From assembly GCA_964555565.1 (NCBI GenBank), contig CAZKTF010000002.1, forward strand, positions 1 through 46,471: a stretch of DNA of 46,471 nt, in the 5' to 3' direction. Positions 42,465 to 46,471 of the stretch are shown here, one piece after another (position 1 is the first letter of the stretch; each line of letters begins with the position of its first letter). The notes below the pieces were generated by a model. The model saw only the letters and a list, made by a program, of their open reading frames with translations. It had not been told where the DNA came from and did not search any database. The translations under genes and the position numbers were made by a program. Source of the stretch: an uncultured Planctomycetota bacterium. Lineage in GTDB: Bacteria > Planctomycetota > JAJSAM01 > JAKLKS01.

Positions 42465-43826
42465 ATGCGGGGCCCGGCGTGGACGGTCCTGGTCCTGGCG
42501 GCCCTCCCGTCGTCCGCCGGGAGGGGTGAGGGGCAGGAGGCGCCCCCCGCGGGCGGACCCGTGGTCGTGGACGATTTCGAGGCGCCGGACCTGCGCCCGG
42601 GGTGGACCGCCTCGGCCGCGGAGATCCGGCGGGTCGAGGGGCCCAGCGGCGGCGCTCTCGAGATCGTCGGCAAGGGCCTCGCGAGGGACAGCCTCTCGGG
42701 GGCGGGAGTCCCGCTCCCGATCAAGGACCTCCGCCGCATCGGCGCCGTGGCCTTCCGGCTCGCGGTCCCGGAGGGGGCCGCGCAGGTCCAGGTGTTCCTG
42801 CGCAAGGGGGACTCCTTCCGTTCGCTCGAGGAGTTCCTCGAGATCAGGACGCGGGACTGGCAGGAGGTGGTCCTGCCGCTCCGGTTCATGGCCGGAGGGT
42901 CGGGCGGCCTCCTGCCGGATCCCTCCGACCTCGACCGGTTCCAGATCCAGTGGGACGGCCCGGGGGGCACGGTCCGGATCGACGACCTCCGCCTCCTGCC
43001 CGGCGATCGGGGCGAGGAGTCCTGGCGCCCCTCCGAGGAGGACCTGCTCGAGTTGGCCTTCGGGAAGGGGAAGGGGAAGATCCTCCAGGGGAAGCACTTC
43101 TCTCTCCTCACGGCCTCCCCCGCCTGGCAGGGCTCCGAGGCGACACGCTTCCTGGCGGACCAGGAGCAGGGCGTGGCCCTGCTCGAGTCCCGCTGGGCCC
43201 TCCGGGCGCCGGCCGGGACCCGGATCCCGCTCCTCTGCGCGAACGACCTGAACGAGTCCAACGCCCTCCGTTCATCCGCCTTGGCCGCCTTCCGGGCCAA
43301 GGGGATCCTCCATTCCAACAACCTCGACAGCGGGTTCGAGCCCTACGCGTTGACCTATCCACCCCCCACGAAGGCCTCCCTGGGGAAGCCCGGTTCCGAC
43401 GGCATGGCCACCTACATCGGGACCGTGCTCCGCGTCCACGGGAACAGCTGGATTGTGGAGTCGCTGTACTGGGCCTACCTGCGGCGGGCCTGCCCGGACC
43501 AGTTCCGCGATTGGGGGCGGATGGCCGGCAAGGTCACGGCGGAGGACTTCCAGGACCTCCTGCGGGGCAAGCCGGGCCGGGTACCGCCCTGGAGGCGGCT
43601 CCTCGACGGCACGGCGTCCTACCAGCAGCTCGGGGCGCTCCTCACGGTGTCGGAGTTCCTGGCCGCCTGCCACAAGGCGAAGCTCCCGAAGGTCTGGGAA
43701 GCCCTGCGCGCGATGGACGAGCCCCCGGACGTACAGGCGATGGACGTGATCGCCCGCGCCCTGGACACGACCCCCGAGAAGCTCGAGGAGCAATGGGCGC
43801 GCTGGGGGGCGGCGTCCTGGAAGTGA
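42465..43826 (+). CDS. Secreted hypothetical protein
   Basis: ATG follows gggaggaggg. Signal-peptide-like MRGPAWTVLVLAALPSSAG. 453 aa with no motif I can name. Confidence 0.7.
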   Translation: MRGPAWTVLVLAALPSSAGRGEGQEAPPAGGPVVVDDFEAPDLRPGWTASAAEIRRVEGPSGGALEIVGKGLARDSLSGAGVPLPIKDLRRIGAVAFRLAVPEGAAQVQVFLRKGDSFRSLEEFLEIRTRDWQEVVLPLRFMAGGSGGLLPDPSDLDRFQIQWDGPGGTVRIDDLRLLPGDRGEESWRPSEEDLLELAFGKGKGKILQGKHFSLLTASPAWQGSEATRFLADQEQGVALLESRWALRAPAGTRIPLLCANDLNESNALRSSALAAFRAKGILHSNNLDSGFEPYALTYPPPTKASLGKPGSDGMATYIGTVLRVHGNSWIVESLYWAYLRRACPDQFRDWGRMAGKVTAEDFQDLLRGKPGRVPPWRRLLDGTASYQQLGALLTVSEFLAACHKAKLPKVWEALRAMDEPPDVQAMDVIARALDTTPEKLEEQWARWGAASWK

Positions 43827-43933
43827 GCGGACGGCGGCCCCCCGGGCGCGAGGCGCGGGGCGGACCCGTCCGGTGATACCGGACCCTACCCGGAACCGCC
43901 GCGTTCGCCGCGGGCGCAGGGCAGCGCCGGCCT

Positions 43934-43959
43934 GAAACGGGTGCCTGGCACCGTGTTTC
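43934..43959. terminator. Imperfect palindrome between convergent genes (possible bidirectional terminator)
   Basis: gaaacgGGTGCCtGGCACCgtgtttc lies 4 nt beyond the stop of the minus-strand flavodoxin gene and 108 nt after the 43826 stop. No clean U-tract. Confidence 0.3.
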
Positions 43960-43962
43960 GCT

Positions 43963-44556
43963 TCACCCCCGCCCGCGGAGGAGCTGGAGGGTGATGGTCG
44001 CCACGCGCCGGCCGTAGGCCTCGGCGGTCTCCAGGTCGCCCCGCGGGGGGGCGTCGCCGGGCTTGACCTGGAAGCTGGCCGACATGGGGCCGACGAAGGA
44101 CCCGAGGCGGTTGTGGGCGCCGGGCCCGGGCCCCGCCACGCTGTTCATGGAGGCGGGCTCGTTGGCGGCCGGGTTCATGCCGAGGCTCACGTAGATCATC
44201 CCGTGCTGCATGGCGTTGACGAACAGGCCGACCAGGGTGTTCAGCTTGTCCCCGGAGAAGGAGCTGGAGTTGGTGAAGGCGCCGGCGACCTTGTCCTTCC
44301 AGGCGAGCGTGAACCACTTCTTCGCGGCGACCTCGAGGAACTTCTTCATCTCGGCGGACATGCTGCCCATGTAGGTGGGGCAGCCGAAGAGGATGGCGTC
44401 GGCCCCGTCGAGCTCGTCCAGGCGCGCGGCCGCCTCGTCGGTCGTGAGGAGGAGCGCCTTCACCCCCGCGACGCCGGCCGCGCCGCGGTGGACCGCCTCG
44501 GCCTGGACCTTCGTGTGCCCGTAGCCGCTGTGGTAGACGACGAACACGTTCGCCAT
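43963..44556 (-). CDS. Flavodoxin-like fold NAD(P)H:quinone oxidoreductase (WrbA-like)
   Basis: ATG 44556 follows GGGAGGAGGG. MANVFVVYHSGYGHTKVQAEAV...ADAILFGCPTYMGSMSAEMKKFLE is the WrbA/flavodoxin_2-type pattern. Confidence 0.85.
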   Translation of the reverse strand: MANVFVVYHSGYGHTKVQAEAVHRGAAGVAGVKALLLTTDEAAARLDELDGADAILFGCPTYMGSMSAEMKKFLEVAAKKWFTLAWKDKVAGAFTNSSSFSGDKLNTLVGLFVNAMQHGMIYVSLGMNPAANEPASMNSVAGPGPGAHNRLGSFVGPMSASFQVKPGDAPPRGDLETAEAYGRRVATITLQLLRGRG

Positions 44557-44776
44557 CGTTCCCTCCTCCCTTCCGCGCGCGTCCGCTCGGGTCCCGACCG
44601 CGCGACCGAGCCTATCAGGCCCGGTCCTCCCGTCCACCTCGTCCCTTCCCTCGACGCCGGCGCCCCCCCCGCGGCGCCCGCGGAGGACAGGCGAGGATCG
44701 GCCGGGTGCGCCCGCACGTCGGGCCGCGGGGCATTGCGGCCGCGGGCGCCGGGGCGTCGATGAAGGGGACGGCCCG

Positions 44777-44995
44777 ATGGACTTCACGCCCTCGTCCCTC
44801 TTCGCCTGCCTGGTCGTCAGCGCCGTCGGGTTCGCGCTGTTCACCTACGGCAGGAAGCAGCACCGGGTCCCGCAGCTCGCGACGGGGGTCCTGCTCATGG
44901 TCTTCCCCTACTTCGTGGGCGGGGCGGGCCTCGTGCTGGGGATCGGCGCGGGGCTGGTCGTCGCGCTCTGGATCGGCGTGCGCTCCGGCCTCTGA
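44777..44995 (+). CDS. Small two-TM membrane protein (hypothetical)
   Basis: 72 aa with two hydrophobic helices ([18 protein letters not shown]; [31 protein letters not shown]) and good GC3 codon bias. Confidence 0.5.
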   Translation: MDFTPSSLFACLVVSAVGFALFTYGRKQHRVPQLATGVLLMVFPYFVGGAGLVLGIGAGLVVALWIGVRSGL

Positions 44996-46471
44996 ACGGC
45001 GCGGGGGGTCGGCCGGGGACGTCCCCGGTCCCACCCGGGCTTCGCCGTCTTCGGCATGTCCCCGGAGTGGGTGTGCTCGTGGAAGTCCCTGTCGGCGCGG
45101 GCGCGCCTGGCGAGGAGGGCCTCCTTCGGCGGGCGGTCGGGGATGAGAGCGTCGCAGCCGCTCCCGATGAGGTCGCGGCGCCCGGCCTTGAGCAGGGCCT
45201 CGCGCACCTCGAAGTGGTTCTCCGGCTTGAAGAACTGGAGCAGGGCCCGCTGGAGGCGGCGATCCCGCATGCCCCTCGCCACCGGCATCGGCCTGCCGGT
45301 CTCGGGATCGCGGCCCGTGTAGTACATCGCGGTGGCCAGGTCGTGGGGGGCGGGGATGAAGTCCTGGACCTGGTCCGGCTTGTACCCGTTCCGCTTCAGG
45401 AACACGGCGAGGTCGATCATCGCCGCGAGGTCCGAGCCCGGGTGGCTGGAGATGAAGTAGGGGACGAGGAACTGCCTCTTCCCCGCCCTCCGGCTCCCCT
45501 CCTCGAACTTCTCCGCGAAATCCTCGAAGGTGTGGTGGCGCGGCTTCTTCATCCTCTCGAGGACCGCCGGGTCCACATGCTCCGGGGCGACCTTCAGCCG
45601 CCCGCTCACGTGGTGCTCCGTCAGCTCCTCCATGTACTCCGGGGAGAGGCGCGCAAGATCCATGCGGATGCCCGAGGCCACGAACACCTTCCGCACCCCG
45701 GGGACCTCGCGCGATGCGCGCATCAGGTCGATCAGGGGGCCGTGGTCGGTGCCGAGGAGCTTGCAGATGACGGGGTGCACGCAGGAGAGGCGCCTGCAGA
45801 CGGCCTCGACCTCGGGCCTCGTGCAGCGCATACGGTACATGTTCGCGGTGGGACCGCCGATGTCGCTGACCACGCCCTTGAACTCCGGGTCGGCGGCCAT
45901 CGACCGCAGCTCCCCGAGGACGCTCTCCCTGGATCGCGACTGGATGGTGCGGCCCTGGTGCGCGGTGATGGAGCAGAACGTGCAGCCCCCGAAGCAGCCG
46001 CGCATGATGGTCACGGAGTCCTTGATCATCTCGAAGGCGGGGATGGCGCCCCTGTAGGACGGATGGGCGCGGCGCGTGTAGGGGAGGCCGTAGTAGAAGT
46101 CCATGCGCTCCGGGCTGACCGGGAGCCGGGGCGGGGTCACCACGACCGTGCGCGCGCCGTGGGGCTGGACCAGGGTCCTCGCGTTGAAGGGGCTCGTCTC
46201 GCGGTGGGCGAGGCGCGCCATCTCGAGGAACGCGTCCTTCGAGTCCCGGACCGCCTCGAAGCCCGGCAGCACGACGAACCCGGGGCCGGAGGGAGGCGGC
46301 TCGGAGGCGCCCAGGGCGTAGGCGACGCCGCGCAGGTCCCGGCAGTCCCGGACCGTCCCGCCGTCCCGGAGCCGCCGGGCGATCTCGACGATGGACTCCT
46401 CGCCCATGCCGTGGGCGAGCAGGTCCGCCTTCGCGTCGAGGAGGATGGAGGGGCGCACCCGGTCCGACCAG
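44908..46471 (-). CDS. ygiQ: YgiQ-family radical SAM protein (N-terminus beyond the window)
   Basis: [24 protein letters not shown]..., radical SAM cluster [17 protein letters not shown], ...[13 protein letters not shown]..., ...[12 protein letters not shown]... The frame is open to the window edge. Basic low-complexity C-terminal tail. Confidence 0.9.
   Translation of the reverse strand, partial: WSDRVRPSILLDAKADLLAHGMGEESIVEIARRLRDGGTVRDCRDLRGVAYALGASEPPPSGPGFVVLPGFEAVRDSKDAFLEMARLAHRETSPFNARTLVQPHGARTVVVTPPRLPVSPERMDFYYGLPYTRRAHPSYRGAIPAFEMIKDSVTIMRGCFGGCTFCSITAHQGRTIQSRSRESVLGELRSMAADPEFKGVVSDIGGPTANMYRMRCTRPEVEAVCRRLSCVHPVICKLLGTDHGPLIDLMRASREVPGVRKVFVASGIRMDLARLSPEYMEELTEHHVSGRLKVAPEHVDPAVLERMKKPRHHTFEDFAEKFEEGSRRAGKRQFLVPYFISSHPGSDLAAMIDLAVFLKRNGYKPDQVQDFIPAPHDLATAMYYTGRDPETGRPMPVARGMRDRRLQRALLQFFKPENHFEVREALLKAGRRDLIGSGCDALIPDRPPKEALLARRARADRDFHEHTHSGDMPKTAKPGWDRGRPRPTPRAVQRPERTPIQSATTSPAPIPSTRPAPPTK

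Noticed and set aside
44908-44995. 88-nt convergent overlap between the YgiQ C-terminal tail and the small membrane-protein gene.
   Set aside because: It probably reflects the low-complexity basic tail of YgiQ running on to the first available stop, or a miscalled small ORF. It is not evidence of a special overlapping-gene arrangement.

Overview
Very GC-rich bacterial chromosomal segment; I cannot assign a taxon by eye. Ordinary-looking genes sit at both ends. On the left: a FecR-like protein, an Smr protein, tRNA-Val and an MFS transporter. On the right: a helical-repeat protein, secreted proteins, a WrbA-like flavodoxin and a YgiQ radical SAM protein. From about 3.0 to 39.3 kb the window is an accessory mosaic organised around tRNA-Asp(GTC). 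It holds two complete tRNA-Asp genes (2962-3038, 21212-21288) and three decayed copies of the tRNA 3' half (5792-5841, 30856-30900, 34451-34490). This looks like repeated or tandem integration scars, yet no integrase or recombinase ORF is visible. The cargo includes: an ISL3-family IS with a frameshifted transposase that cuts a fic gene; four AbiE-type (type IV toxin-antitoxin) loci in different states of decay; an orphan PemK/MazF-like toxin beside a 169-bp palindromic MITE-like element; an NYN RNase; an ERCC4-like nuclease fragment; divergent HNH and PLD nucleases; a PknK-like kinase-ATPase-TPR protein; a metallophosphoesterase-DUF488 operon; and a DUF4143 ATPase. There are two best candidates for something undescribed. 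(1) A divergent GHKL/MORC-like ATPase plus SWIM-SNF2 helicase pair is the first cargo of the island at tRNA-Asp copy 2. (2) Two uncharacterised paralogous families each occur once on either side of tRNA-Asp copy 2: a ~460-aa protein translationally coupled to a PRiA4_ORF3 protein, and a ~500-aa N-terminal SEC-C-motif protein divergently paired with a different nuclease each time. Many long ORF-track entries are Arg/Pro/Gly-rich antisense or off-frame shadows typical of high GC, and I did not annotate them. All domain calls come from motifs read by eye; no searches were run.
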